Positions 8,760-18,067 of a stretch of 64,000 nt of DNA are shown piece by piece. A program made the translations under genes and the position numbers. How positions within the stretch are numbered: the first letter of the stretch is position 1; every line of letters begins with the position of its first letter. The stretch spans positions 3,584,001-3,648,000 of the forward strand of contig CBDCOH010000002.1 of assembly GCA_965219685.1 (NCBI GenBank). The letters are read 5' to 3'. Source of the stretch: Candidatus Spongiisociaceae bacterium. Lineage in GTDB: Bacteria; Actinomycetota; Acidimicrobiia; Spongiisociales; Spongiisociaceae. Under the pieces are notes generated by a model, which was not told the origin of the DNA, searched no databases, and was given only the letters and a program-made list of their open reading frames with translations.

Positions 8760-10163
8760 ATGCGACCGGTACTCACCTCCGAGCAGTCCCGCCGCCAGGA
8801 CGCTCTCGCCGATGTGGACCCGCGGACGCTGCTGGACCGGGCCGGGCTGGCGGTGGCCCTGCAGGCGGCTGCACTCGGGGCCGGCTACGGATGCCGGGTG
8901 GCGGTGCTCGCCGGTCCCGGTAACAACGGCGGGGACGGATACGTGGCCGCCCGTCACCTCTACGGGCGGGGAGCGGCCGTCGACATCTATCCGCTGACCG
9001 CGCCGAGGAGCGGTCCGGCACGATGGGCACACCGGCTGGCCTCTAGGGAAGGAGTGGCCGTCCGGGACTGGGACGACCCTCGACCGGCGGATCTGGTGAT
9101 CGACGCCCTGTTCGGGGCTGGGTTCCGGGGAACGTTGCCCGACCTCTCCCCGTGGCGGGAGGCCCCGGCATGCATGGCCGTGGACGTCCCGTCGGGACTG
9201 GACGCCTCTACCGGCGAGGCCGTGGACGGCGCCCTGGTAGCCGACGCGACCGTGACCTTCCACGGGTACCGGGTGGGCCACCTCGTGGGTCAGGGTCCGG
9301 ACCTCTGCGGGGAGGTGGTGGTGGCGGACATCTGGCTGCCCGACGTGGAGCCCGAGATGTGGCTGTGCGAGGAGGCGGACGCCCCCCTCCCGGCGCGGAG
9401 CCGCACCGGCCACAAGTGGTCGGCCGGGTCGGTCCTGGTGATCGGCGGCTCCGACGGCCTGGACGGGGCGGCCACCCTCACCGCCCGGGCGGCGCTGCGG
9501 GCCGGGGCGGGGGCGGTGATGATCGCCTGCCCGCCCACCGTCGAGGAGAAGGTGCGGGCGCCCGAGATCATGACCAGGGCGATCGGCGAGAGCCGCTCGT
9601 TCTCGGCCGCCGACCTTCCCCAGGTGCTGGCCCTGGCGGACCGTTTCGACCTGGTGATCATCGGGCCCGGCCTCGGATCGGCCGCCGACCTGGGAGGCTT
9701 CGTCAGCGGGTTCTTGGAGGGCTGCGGCGGTCCGGTGGTGGCCGACGCCGACGCCCTCAACGCCTTGGACGGGCCTCGGGACCTGGTCAGGGAAGGGGAG
9801 ACCGTGATCACCCCCCACACCGGAGAGTTCTCCCGCCTGACCGGCCGGGCCGCCTCCTACCAGGAAGCCGCCTCGCTCTCGGCCTCCACGGGGGTGACCG
9901 TCCTGCTGAAGGGCGCTCCCACCTTCGTCATGGGAGCGGCGCGCTGGGTGGTGAACTCCGGAGGTCCCGAACTCTCGACCATCGGGACCGGGGACGTGCT
10001 GGCGGGGATGATCGGCGCCTTCTGGGCCTCGGGGCTGGACGGTCCGGCGGCGGCCCGGTCAGGGGCGTACTGGCACGGCCGGGCCGGGGCCGACCTGCAA
10101 CAGACCCGCACGGTCACCGCGGACGTGCTCGCCGATCACATCGCCGAGACCACTCGCCGGTGA
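8760..10163 (+). CDS. nnr: Bifunctional NAD(P)H-hydrate epimerase/dehydratase
   Basis: GPGNNGGDG, IDALFGAG, AVDVPSG, GPGLG, DADALN, ITPHTGEF, GTGDVLAG motifs. Confidence 0.92.
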   Translation: MRPVLTSEQSRRQDALADVDPRTLLDRAGLAVALQAAALGAGYGCRVAVLAGPGNNGGDGYVAARHLYGRGAAVDIYPLTAPRSGPARWAHRLASREGVAVRDWDDPRPADLVIDALFGAGFRGTLPDLSPWREAPACMAVDVPSGLDASTGEAVDGALVADATVTFHGYRVGHLVGQGPDLCGEVVVADIWLPDVEPEMWLCEEADAPLPARSRTGHKWSAGSVLVIGGSDGLDGAATLTARAALRAGAGAVMIACPPTVEEKVRAPEIMTRAIGESRSFSAADLPQVLALADRFDLVIIGPGLGSAADLGGFVSGFLEGCGGPVVADADALNALDGPRDLVREGETVITPHTGEFSRLTGRAASYQEAASLSASTGVTVLLKGAPTFVMGAARWVVNSGGPELSTIGTGDVLAGMIGAFWASGLDGPAAARSGAYWHGRAGADLQQTRTVTADVLADHIAETTRR

Positions 10164-10206
10164 CCCGCCTGGCGCGAGTCCGACAAGCGCCGATTAACCA
10201 TTCGTT

Positions 10207-10254
10207 CGCAACTAACTAGGTTGCGTATCGGTTGCACATGCGTACAATGCTTGC
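10207..10254 (+). promoter_or_regulatory. Leaderless sigma70-type promoter with operator-like inverted repeat
   Basis: TTGCGT(10221)-N16-TACAAT(10243)-N6-ATG. The inverted repeat CGCAAC..GTTGCG overlaps the -35 box. Confidence 0.55.
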
Positions 10255-11016
10255 ATGACCTCGATTGACCACCTTCTGGAAAGCGATCTCGACACAGCTT
10301 CTGCCATCGCCGCTGGCATCCTTCCCGATGTGGTCGTTTCGCTGGATCTCCTCATGCCCCTGTTGGCGGCCGGGGCGGACCGTGCCGCATTGCGCCGCTA
10401 CTACCTAGCTGTCGATGCCGCGGCACAGACTCTGGCATCGCTGCCTGCCGGCAATACGAAGGCCCACGTTCCTCCCGCCGTGGTGTACCGGCTGCTGCGG
10501 AGAGACATTGCTGAGTTGGCGTGGGTCGCCCCGTCGGCTGACGGAACCGGTGTTCTTACCGCGTTGGTCGACCGGATCCGGGGGCTGGTCGGTGGCGTGC
10601 CCCGGCAGTGCGTCAAAGCGCGGCCCGACATCGACGAGCACCGCTTCGGATGGTTCCTCGAGTCAATAGTCGACCTGGAGTTCGAGCAACGGTGCGGTTC
10701 GCCGCTGCGGCGCGCTATGAGGACTCTGGAACTGTCGAGCACTGAGATGGCTGGCTTGATGGGGGTGACCCGCCAAGCGGTGGACAAGTGGTTAGCCGGC
10801 GCGCCACCGATCGAGCGGATGGCGAAAATCGGAGCGATAGCCGAGATCTCCGACATGCTGCGACACCGGCTGCGCGACGGCATGCCCCCCGTGGTGGCGC
10901 GGCGTCCCGCAGAGGCATACGGAGGACGCTGCATGCTTGAGGTGATTGCTGACGACGACCACGAGTGGCTGCGCCGTTCCGTCAGGGACAGCTTCGACTT
11001 CGCAGCCGTCGCGTGA
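10255..11016 (+). CDS. Probable Xre/MbcA/ParS-type antitoxin with N-terminal extension
   Basis: HTH (LSSTEMAGLMGVTRQAVDKW) plus a C-terminal RRPAEAYGGRCMLEVI segment. Directly upstream of a RES gene. Confidence 0.65.
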   Translation: MTSIDHLLESDLDTASAIAAGILPDVVVSLDLLMPLLAAGADRAALRRYYLAVDAAAQTLASLPAGNTKAHVPPAVVYRLLRRDIAELAWVAPSADGTGVLTALVDRIRGLVGGVPRQCVKARPDIDEHRFGWFLESIVDLEFEQRCGSPLRRAMRTLELSSTEMAGLMGVTRQAVDKWLAGAPPIERMAKIGAIAEISDMLRHRLRDGMPPVVARRPAEAYGGRCMLEVIADDDHEWLRRSVRDSFDFAAVA

Positions 11017-11018
11017 GA

Positions 11019-11528
11019 ATGCTGACCGTACCGATCGGCGGCCTGTACTACCGGGTCGCTGACCCGGACTGGGCCGACCCGCTCGACACGTCCTTCGCCG
11101 CGGCACCGCCAGGCCAGCGATGGAACCCCACCGGGCTGGCATGTCTGTACCTGAACCACGACAAGACAACAGCCCGAGCCAATGTCATGAAACGATTCGT
11201 AGGCCTCCCCTACGGCCCCGAGGACCTCAACCCCGCAACAGCCCCCCTGCTGCTCGGCGTCGACGTTCCCGAAGGAGCCGCAGCCGACGCCTACACCGAA
11301 GCCGGCCTCTCCGCCATGGGACTACCCGGCACCTACCCCCACGACACAGCCGGTGACGTGATCCCACACCAGACATGCCAGCCAATCGGTCGGGCAGCGC
11401 ACGACGCAGGACTGGACGGTACCGACTGCCGATCCGCCGCCGGCGACAGCTGCCGCGAGCTCGCATGGTTCCCCGGACCCAGAACAGCATCCGAGAAATC
11501 ACGGCTGGCCTTCGACCACTGGTGGTGA
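11019..11528 (+). CDS. RES-domain protein (probable toxin)
   Basis: YYRV, GQRWNP, CLYL, CQPIGRAAHDAGLDGTDCRSAA, ELAWF motifs typical of RES domains. Confidence 0.75.
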   Translation: MLTVPIGGLYYRVADPDWADPLDTSFAAAPPGQRWNPTGLACLYLNHDKTTARANVMKRFVGLPYGPEDLNPATAPLLLGVDVPEGAAADAYTEAGLSAMGLPGTYPHDTAGDVIPHQTCQPIGRAAHDAGLDGTDCRSAAGDSCRELAWFPGPRTASEKSRLAFDHWW

Positions 11529-11656
11529 TCAGGCACCATTCGACCCCACGGAGTTCGCGCTCGACAAGACGAGTAGTTCCAAGGGATCTGGCTGGACGCG
11601 CCTGGACTCGACGATGTAAGCACAACGATCCAATCTAACGTTAATCACTAGTGCCA

Positions 11657-11690
11657 ACTAACAACTATAGACTAACGACTAGATACTAGT
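11657..11690. repeat. Degenerate heptamer repeat (ACTANNN) x5
   Basis: actaaca actatag actaacg actagat actagt, between convergent genes. Confidence 0.6.
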
Positions 11691-11700
11691 CATCCAGATG

Positions 11701-11994
11701 TCAGGCGATGCGGGTCATCCGGCTGATGACGATTCCCTCGATGTGGTCGGCAATGGCGGCCAGCCCGTCGGCGATGTGAGGTTCGTCCAGGTGGAGGTCG
11801 AGGTCGGCTTCGCTCCGCCACAGGGCGACGAAGTAGAAGAGGCCCGGGTCGTCGTCGACCACGTGCAACCGGTAGTCGAGGCATCCCTCCTCCTCACGGG
11901 TGGGAGCGACCATGGCGACGAGAGCCCTCCGGACCGTGTCCTCCGATCCGGCCACGGCCCGTACACGGGCCACGGCTGTGAGGGTTTCTGCCAT
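11701..11994 (-). CDS. ABM-family (putative quinol) monooxygenase, copy 1
   Basis: PTREEEGCLDYRLH...W.SEADLDLHL; 97 aa; TACAGT-N7-ATG upstream. Confidence 0.85.
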   Translation of the reverse strand: MAETLTAVARVRAVAGSEDTVRRALVAMVAPTREEEGCLDYRLHVVDDDPGLFYFVALWRSEADLDLHLDEPHIADGLAAIADHIEGIVISRMTRIA

Positions 11995-12072
11995 GGAGGC
12001 CACTGTACCGGCTCCTTCCACCGCCAGGAGTGCGGTAAGGGGCCGGTCGGGGGGCCGTTCTACGGATCCCCG

Positions 12073-12366
12073 TCAGGCGATGCGGGTCATCCGCTTGATG
12101 TCGATCTGCTCGATCTTGCCCTCCACGGCATCGATGGACTCCCGCACGTGGGCGGAGGCCAGGTGGATGTCCAGGTCCTCCCCGCTCCGCCACTGCTCGA
12201 CGAAGTAGAAGAGCCCCGGGTCGTCGTCGACGGCGTGCAGGTTGTACTCGATGCAGCCCTCCTCCTCGCGAGTGGGGGGGACGATGGACAGGAGGGCCTC
12301 ACGGACAGCGTCCTCCGAGCCGGACGCGGCCCGGACCCAGGCAACAACAGTCAGTACGTCGGTCAT
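12073..12366 (-). CDS. ABM-family (putative quinol) monooxygenase, copy 2
   Basis: PTREEEGCIEYNLH...EQW...HLASAH; 97 aa tandem paralog; TACAGT-N7-ATG upstream. Confidence 0.88.
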   Translation of the reverse strand: MTDVLTVVAWVRAASGSEDAVREALLSIVPPTREEEGCIEYNLHAVDDDPGLFYFVEQWRSGEDLDIHLASAHVRESIDAVEGKIEQIDIKRMTRIA

Positions 12367-12500
12367 GGACACGACTGTAGTAGCCGCAGCCGGTCAGTGT
12401 CCGCCCAGGGCAGGGCGTAGGCGGACCCGCGCTCTCCGTATCCCCGTGTTGGGTCGGCAGAGCCGCCTTGGTAGGTTGGTCCGGTCGGAGAGGGAGGTCG

Positions 12501-13487
12501 ATGGCACGGGCCAGGTACGGGCTCACGCTGTCCAACCGCAGCGTGCTGCTCGGGATGTCCACGGTGGGCGAGATGCTCGACCTGGCGGTGGAGGCCGACC
12601 GGGCCGGGGTATGGGATTCGGTGTGGGTGGGGGATTCGATCTTCGCCAAGCCCCGCCTTGACGCCATGGTGGCGCTCGGGGCGCTGGCGGCCTGCACGGA
12701 GCGGGTCGGCCTCGGGGTCGGGTGCATGGCGAGCATGCCGTTGCGCGACGCCCTGCTGCTCGCCTACCAGTGGCTCAGCTTCGACGCCCTGTCGGGCGGC
12801 CGGTCCATCTTCGTGGCGTGCCAGGGTCAGCGGGAGGCGGGGGGCGGGAAGTTCGCGGAGGAGTTCGCCGCATTCGGGGTCGACCCGGGGACCAGGAGCC
12901 GGCGGATGGAGGAGGCGATCGAGGTCATGCGCCTCGTCTCCGAGACCGAGAACGCTTCGTACGAGGGCCTCTACAACCGGTTCGAGGACGTGACGGTACT
13001 GCCCCGGCCTGTCCAGCAGCCGCTGCCGATCTGGGTGACCGCCAACCCGAACCCGGCGTTCCCGAAGCTGTCGGAGAGGGCCCTGCGGCGGGTGGCCCGG
13101 ATGGGTGACGGCTGGATGACCACCGCCAACACGCCGCAGACCTTCGCCACCAACCTGGCGGCGATCCGGACGTACGCGGACGAGGAGGGGCGTCCCCTCG
13201 ACGAGCGCTTCGAGGCCTGCCTCTACTACAACATCCATGTGAGCGCCGACCGGGAGCGGGGGATGGAGGAGGTGGCCTCCTACCTGAAGGACTACTACGG
13301 GGTGGACTACGACCGTGCCTTCCTGGACCGGTGGGTGGCCGTCGGCGACCCGCAGCGCTGCGCCGACCTGATCGGGGAGTTCGTCGACGCCGGGGCGACC
13401 ACCGTCACCCTGCGGCTGGTGGGCCACGACGAGGCCGGCCAGTTCCGGCGGGTCACCGAAGAGGTGCTGCCCGCCCTGGTGGGATGA
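12501..13487 (+). CDS. LLM-class flavin-dependent oxidoreductase
   Basis: DSVWVGDS, LAACTERVGLG, LSGGR, PRPVQQPLPIW, RRVARMGDGW; RBS GGAGG. Confidence 0.88.
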   Translation: MARARYGLTLSNRSVLLGMSTVGEMLDLAVEADRAGVWDSVWVGDSIFAKPRLDAMVALGALAACTERVGLGVGCMASMPLRDALLLAYQWLSFDALSGGRSIFVACQGQREAGGGKFAEEFAAFGVDPGTRSRRMEEAIEVMRLVSETENASYEGLYNRFEDVTVLPRPVQQPLPIWVTANPNPAFPKLSERALRRVARMGDGWMTTANTPQTFATNLAAIRTYADEEGRPLDERFEACLYYNIHVSADRERGMEEVASYLKDYYGVDYDRAFLDRWVAVGDPQRCADLIGEFVDAGATTVTLRLVGHDEAGQFRRVTEEVLPALVG

Positions 13488-13494
13488 GCGCGCC

Positions 13495-14358
13495 GTGATC
13501 GAGAGGTTCGACCATGCGGTCATCGGCGTCCCCGACCTCGACGCCGGGATGGACGCCTTCCGCAGGCTGGGATTCGAGGTGGCGGTGGGGGGAAGGCACC
13601 CGTCGCTGGGAACGCGCAACGCCATAGTCCGGTTCGGTCTCGACTACCTGGAGTTGCTCACGGTCGAGTTTCCGGACACGGCCCGGGCGAGGGGCACATT
13701 CGGGACCGACTTGATGTCCTTCCTGGCGGACCATTCCGGCCTGGTGGGCTACGTGCTGGCCGGGACCGGCCTCGAAGACGAGGTGGACGCCTTGCAGGAC
13801 TTCGGTCTCGCCGTCGAGGGGCCGTTCGAGATGGACCGGGTCCACCCGAAGGGCGGCCGGCTGGAGTGGAAGCTGGTGCTCCCAGGGGGATCCCCCTGGC
13901 GCAAGCCGTGGCCCTACCTGATCGACTGGATCACCGACGAGGACGAGTTGCTGGCCTGGGACCCTCCCGGCGACCACGCCAACCGGGTGAGCGGCGTGGC
14001 CGGGATCGACCTGGTGGTCGAGAACCTGGAGGAGGCCGGCGGCCTCTATGAACGGGCGCTCGGACTCCGGGCTGCGGACGGCGGGCAACAGTCGCCTGGA
14101 GCATCGAGCCGCGACTACCGGCTGGGCTCGTTCCGGCTCGCACTCCACCGGCCCGATGGGGCGGGACCCGTCGCCGGCGAACTGGATCGGAGGGGACCGG
14201 GCCCCTACCGCCTGGTGCTGGCCTCCGCCGACCTCGGTGCCACCGGGGCGGTCCTATCCCGCAACGGCGTCCGCTACGACGAGTCGGCCTCCGGCATCAA
14301 CATCGATCCGGCAGATGCGGCCGGTACCCGCCTGAGAGTGGTGAGTGGTGAGTGGTGA
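13495..14358 (+). CDS. VOC/glyoxalase-like protein
   Basis: FDHAVIGVPDL, GGRHPSLGTRNAIVRFG..YLEL, PYLIDW, HANRVSG. Confidence 0.85.
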   Translation: MIERFDHAVIGVPDLDAGMDAFRRLGFEVAVGGRHPSLGTRNAIVRFGLDYLELLTVEFPDTARARGTFGTDLMSFLADHSGLVGYVLAGTGLEDEVDALQDFGLAVEGPFEMDRVHPKGGRLEWKLVLPGGSPWRKPWPYLIDWITDEDELLAWDPPGDHANRVSGVAGIDLVVENLEEAGGLYERALGLRAADGGQQSPGASSRDYRLGSFRLALHRPDGAGPVAGELDRRGPGPYRLVLASADLGATGAVLSRNGVRYDESASGINIDPADAAGTRLRVVSGEW

Positions 14359-14398
14359 GTCGATCCACTATTCACTATTCACTATTCACCATTCACCA
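14336..14398. repeat. Opposed heptamer arrays (GAGTGGT) x3.5 and (CACYATT) x4.7
   Basis: Read directly. Overlaps the stop codons of both convergent genes. Confidence 0.85.
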
Positions 14399-15710
14399 AC
14401 TGCCCGCCCTTGTACACGGCGGAGATCCGCTGCGTGTTGTTGATGTCGTCCAGAGGGTCGCCGTCGAGCACCACCAGGTCGGCCAGCTTACGCTTCTCGA
14501 CGCTGCCCAGCTCGTCGGCCTGCCCGAGCAACTGGGCGGCCCGGCTGGTGCCCGCGACGATCGCCTCCATCGGCGTGAAACCGCACCCGTCGACCAGCAG
14601 CCGCAGCTCCTCGTGCATGCTGTGGCCGGGGACCACGAACGGGTTGGTCAGGTCGGTTCCCGCCGTGACGTTGACGCCGCCCCGCTGGGCACGCCCGATG
14701 AACGCCATCTGGTTGCGCAGCTCCGTCGGGGCCGCCTCCCAGTCGGAGTCGCTGTAGTCGAACGGGTAGGCGTACTGGCTCCACTGCTCGGCTACCGCCG
14801 CGGGCATCTCGTCGAGTCCGGCCGGGCAGGTCGCCGCTTCGGTGTTGCCGGCCAGGATGCTCTGCGAGAGGGTGAGGGTGGGCGTGATGAACGTGCCCCG
14901 CTCGGCCATCAGGGCGATCAGCCCGTCGGCGAGGTCCGACTCCGGATCGATGTAGCGCCACGCCTGGAAGCCGACCAGGGGATCCAGGATCCGGCCGGTC
15001 AGGGAGGCCAGTTCGTCCGCCAGGTCGTCGGGGACCAGCTCGCGGCCTATCCGCACGTGCTCGAGGGCGTCCACGCCGACGTTTACCGCCTCCTCGACGG
15101 TGACCATGTGCCCGACGTGGGCGGCGACCCGCACGCCTCGCCGGTGGGCTTCCGACACCACCGCCCGGAGCACCGGGAGCCGGGCCCACACGTATACCTT
15201 GATGAAGTCCATCCCGGCCTCGACCAGCCGCGCCGTCTCCTCGCGTGCGGAGGCCTCGTCGTCGATGATGGCCAGCCACCGCCACGGGGCGGGAGGATCG
15301 GCCGGTCCGTCCAGGATCGTTCCGGCGCCGAAGAAGCGGGGCCAGTCGTCCCGGCCCTCCTTGAAGGTACGGAAAATCTCGTCGGGATTGAAGTTGCCGG
15401 TGTCCCTGACGGTGGTCACGCCGTGGCCCAGCAGGGTGGTCATGAACAGGTCGGCCAGCGAGGTCGGGTCCTCCACCTGCAGGAAGGAGTTGTCCGCCAG
15501 CACGCCCACGTGGACGTGGCAGTCGATCAGGCCCGGGATCACGGTCGACCCGGAGATGTCCACCACCTCGGCGCCTTCGGGTATCTCCATGTCGCCCCGG
15601 CGGAAGACCGAATCGATCCGCTCGCCGTCGACGAGAACCACCGCGTCGTTGATCGGGTCCCTTCCGGTACCGTCGATCACCCTTGCTCCAACCAGGGCAG
15701 TAACAGCCAT
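14382..15710 (-). CDS. Metal-dependent amidohydrolase
   Basis: IPGLIDCHVH, GVTTVRDTG, DFIK, AAH, LEH, AGTD, GSVE..KLADLVVLDGDPL; RBS GGAGGAG. Confidence 0.9.
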   Translation of the reverse strand: MAVTALVGARVIDGTGRDPINDAVVLVDGERIDSVFRRGDMEIPEGAEVVDISGSTVIPGLIDCHVHVGVLADNSFLQVEDPTSLADLFMTTLLGHGVTTVRDTGNFNPDEIFRTFKEGRDDWPRFFGAGTILDGPADPPAPWRWLAIIDDEASAREETARLVEAGMDFIKVYVWARLPVLRAVVSEAHRRGVRVAAHVGHMVTVEEAVNVGVDALEHVRIGRELVPDDLADELASLTGRILDPLVGFQAWRYIDPESDLADGLIALMAERGTFITPTLTLSQSILAGNTEAATCPAGLDEMPAAVAEQWSQYAYPFDYSDSDWEAAPTELRNQMAFIGRAQRGGVNVTAGTDLTNPFVVPGHSMHEELRLLVDGCGFTPMEAIVAGTSRAAQLLGQADELGSVEKRKLADLVVLDGDPLDDINNTQRISAVYKGGQLVNGE

Positions 15711-16109
15711 CTCCTCCGCTCCTTCTCCGTGTGCGGTTGCGCGATCCAATCTAGTGAGGGAACCGCCCGGTGGCCCTCCGATGGCGTGCCGTGGTAGCCC
15801 GCCGAGGGGTCCGCACCCGCAGCTTGCACGAGGGTTCCGGCTGGTTGGAAGCACCGATCCCCGGAGCCCTGGCAGCGCGTTCGCAACGGAGTTCTGTATT
15901 CGCCCGAACTCCGTTGGCTGTGAGGGATGACGCAAGTTGCATCGCCGATAGGGAGACATCGGCAATAGCCCACTGTCAGATGTTGCCGAGGTCCGGTACA
16001 GTAGCTTCATAACATCGCCGTGGATGGGAGGTTCTCCCATTCACGAATGAAATCGCCGGTGGCACACCAAGTGCTACCGCAATTCGTCGCCGGGGGCCCG
16101 CATCGCGGG

Positions 16110-16331
16110 CTCCCGCATTTTGTTGCCCACGGATGGCAAGGCAGCATGGACGTCGCCTTGGTGTTATCGAGCGATGCCGACCTGGTGCCGGCAGTCCGGG
16201 CGTTGCGCGACCACGGACTTCGCACGGTAAACGCATCATGGCGTGGTCACGGCCACGAGTTGGCCAAGGCATGCTGGGGATCATTTGACCTCGACGACAT
16301 CGCAGGGAAGGTCATCCGCCCCGGTTCGTAA
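16110..16331 (+). pseudogene. NYN-domain C-terminal fragment
   Basis: MDVALVLSSDADLVPAVRALRDHG...ELAKAC matches the NYN/LabA SxDxD region. No N-terminal half is visible. Confidence 0.55.
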
Positions 16332-16512
16332 CTAGCCGAGCCTTGATCAGAAGGACCGGGGAGGTGCCTGTCGCACCGCGTCCCGGCGACGGAACGGCGG
16401 CGGGTGCGGGAGGGAGACCCTATCGGGCACCGGCGAATGACGGTCGTCCGGCGACCTGGCACTGGGGGACCGTTGCCGGATTGGCGCAGGCGCCGCTAGC
16501 TTCGCCGGAGGG

Positions 16513-17595
16513 ATGCATGAACGTGACGTAGCGCCGGAGCCGACTCGGAGCGGTAGCCGGTGGCGCCCCCGTGACCGGGCGGCAGCTGCTACGGGCTCGG
16601 CCTGGGTGGCGGTCCTGGCCATGTCGGTCGTGCCGGTGTGGGTGCATCTGACGGTCGCCGGCCGCGGCGGGAACCCGTTCTGGTGGGTCGCGGCCATGAA
16701 CGTGGGGCAGGGCTGCGTCCTCGTGCCATTCCTGGTTGCCACCCGGCGGGCGGCCGGGCTGAGGGGGGCGAGGGGCCTGTCAGCCGCCGAGGTGATGGGT
16801 GCATCGCCAGGGGCGGGCGGTCGGGTCTGGACGTACGTCACGGCGGTCGGTTTCTGGATGGTGCCTGCCCGGATGAGCTTCGCGTTTATGGTGTGGGCGA
16901 CCGAGTGGGTGGGGACGGCCGCGGCTGCCGTCGTCGGCCAGTACCTGGTTCCCCTGGCCGTTGCGGCGCTCCTGGCGGCATCGGGTCGGTCCGTTCTACC
17001 CCGCCACTGGCCGCTGATGGGATCCGTCGCAGTGGTGGGGGTGTGGCTCGTGGCTGCGGGGGAGTCCGGCGGTGTTGCCCCTCTGCTCGCGTACCGGACG
17101 GGATGGCCGGTGCTGATCGGTCTCTCCCTGGCGATGGTGTCCACACTCGGTGCGGCGGCTTCGGTGGCACTCAACCTGGTTTACGGCGACCGGCTGTCGG
17201 TGGCGGCGGCCGGACGCGGTGGGGGCGATCCTCCGGCCGCCGGCGTGTGGTGGGCGATGGCGGCGATGGCGGGATCGTGCTTCGCCGTGGCCCCGCTGAA
17301 CCTCGCGGTCGGGTGGTGGCTGTTCGGCCCGGCGCCGCTCAGCGACATGTGGTCCGGGCTGGTGTTCGGCGCCACGGCGGTGGCTGTAGGGGGTACCGCC
17401 CTGCGGTTGGCCAACGCGCTGAGCCGCTCGGCGGCTGTCAACGCCCCGATGCTCCTGGCGATGCCCCTCGCGGTGCTATGGCTCCTCCTCGCCGGGGCCG
17501 CTCCACCGAGGCTCGACCTCTACCTGGCGGGAGTAGCCCTCCTGCTGCTGGTCGTCTGGCACACGTCGGGCAAGACCCACAGACGAGGCGGGTAG
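16513..17595 (+). CDS. Multi-pass membrane protein (DMT/EamA-like)
   Basis: About 10 hydrophobic segments in two halves. Family assignment is tentative. Confidence 0.5.
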   Translation: MHERDVAPEPTRSGSRWRPRDRAAAATGSAWVAVLAMSVVPVWVHLTVAGRGGNPFWWVAAMNVGQGCVLVPFLVATRRAAGLRGARGLSAAEVMGASPGAGGRVWTYVTAVGFWMVPARMSFAFMVWATEWVGTAAAAVVGQYLVPLAVAALLAASGRSVLPRHWPLMGSVAVVGVWLVAAGESGGVAPLLAYRTGWPVLIGLSLAMVSTLGAAASVALNLVYGDRLSVAAAGRGGGDPPAAGVWWAMAAMAGSCFAVAPLNLAVGWWLFGPAPLSDMWSGLVFGATAVAVGGTALRLANALSRSAAVNAPMLLAMPLAVLWLLLAGAAPPRLDLYLAGVALLLLVVWHTSGKTHRRGG

Positions 17596-17750
17596 ACGGT
17601 CCTGTCATGTGTTGGGGACGGAACCAACACGGCCAACTGGACGCACCGTCGCGTTCGTTCACGGCGGTTGCCGCTGGTGCTGGCCATTCGTGTGGGCTGC
17701 GGGCCGATGGTTCGATCGTTTGCCGGGGTGGCCGCCTACCTAGACCCTGA
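17586..17750 (+). pseudogene. Single RCC1-like repeat remnant
   Basis: DGPVMCWGRNQHGQLDAPSRSFTAVAAGAGHSCGLRADGSIVC is one RCC1/BLIP-II blade, followed by a stop. Confidence 0.65.
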
Positions 17751-18067
17751 CGCTGGGCGAACCGCCGACTTGTATGCGGGGTGCCGCTCGCTGTGGTCGT
17801 GAAGGTCGTAGCGTCTGGTAGGTCATCGGCTGGGTTGGCTCGTGAACCGTCTGCCACTTCCTTGGGCTGGCTCTCCTGAGGTTGACCGGCTGTGGTGGGA
17901 CGCCTCAGGTGATTCCCCGGTTTTCGGGAGTGGACCGCCCCGGGTTCACCCGCCAACCCATGACGAACAGGGCACCACCCAGTATGAGTGAATCAGGGCT
18001 AGCACCCAACCGCTGGCACCCGCCCGGTACTATCGGCCTCCGTCGTAGAAGAGACACGGGGGCGGGC

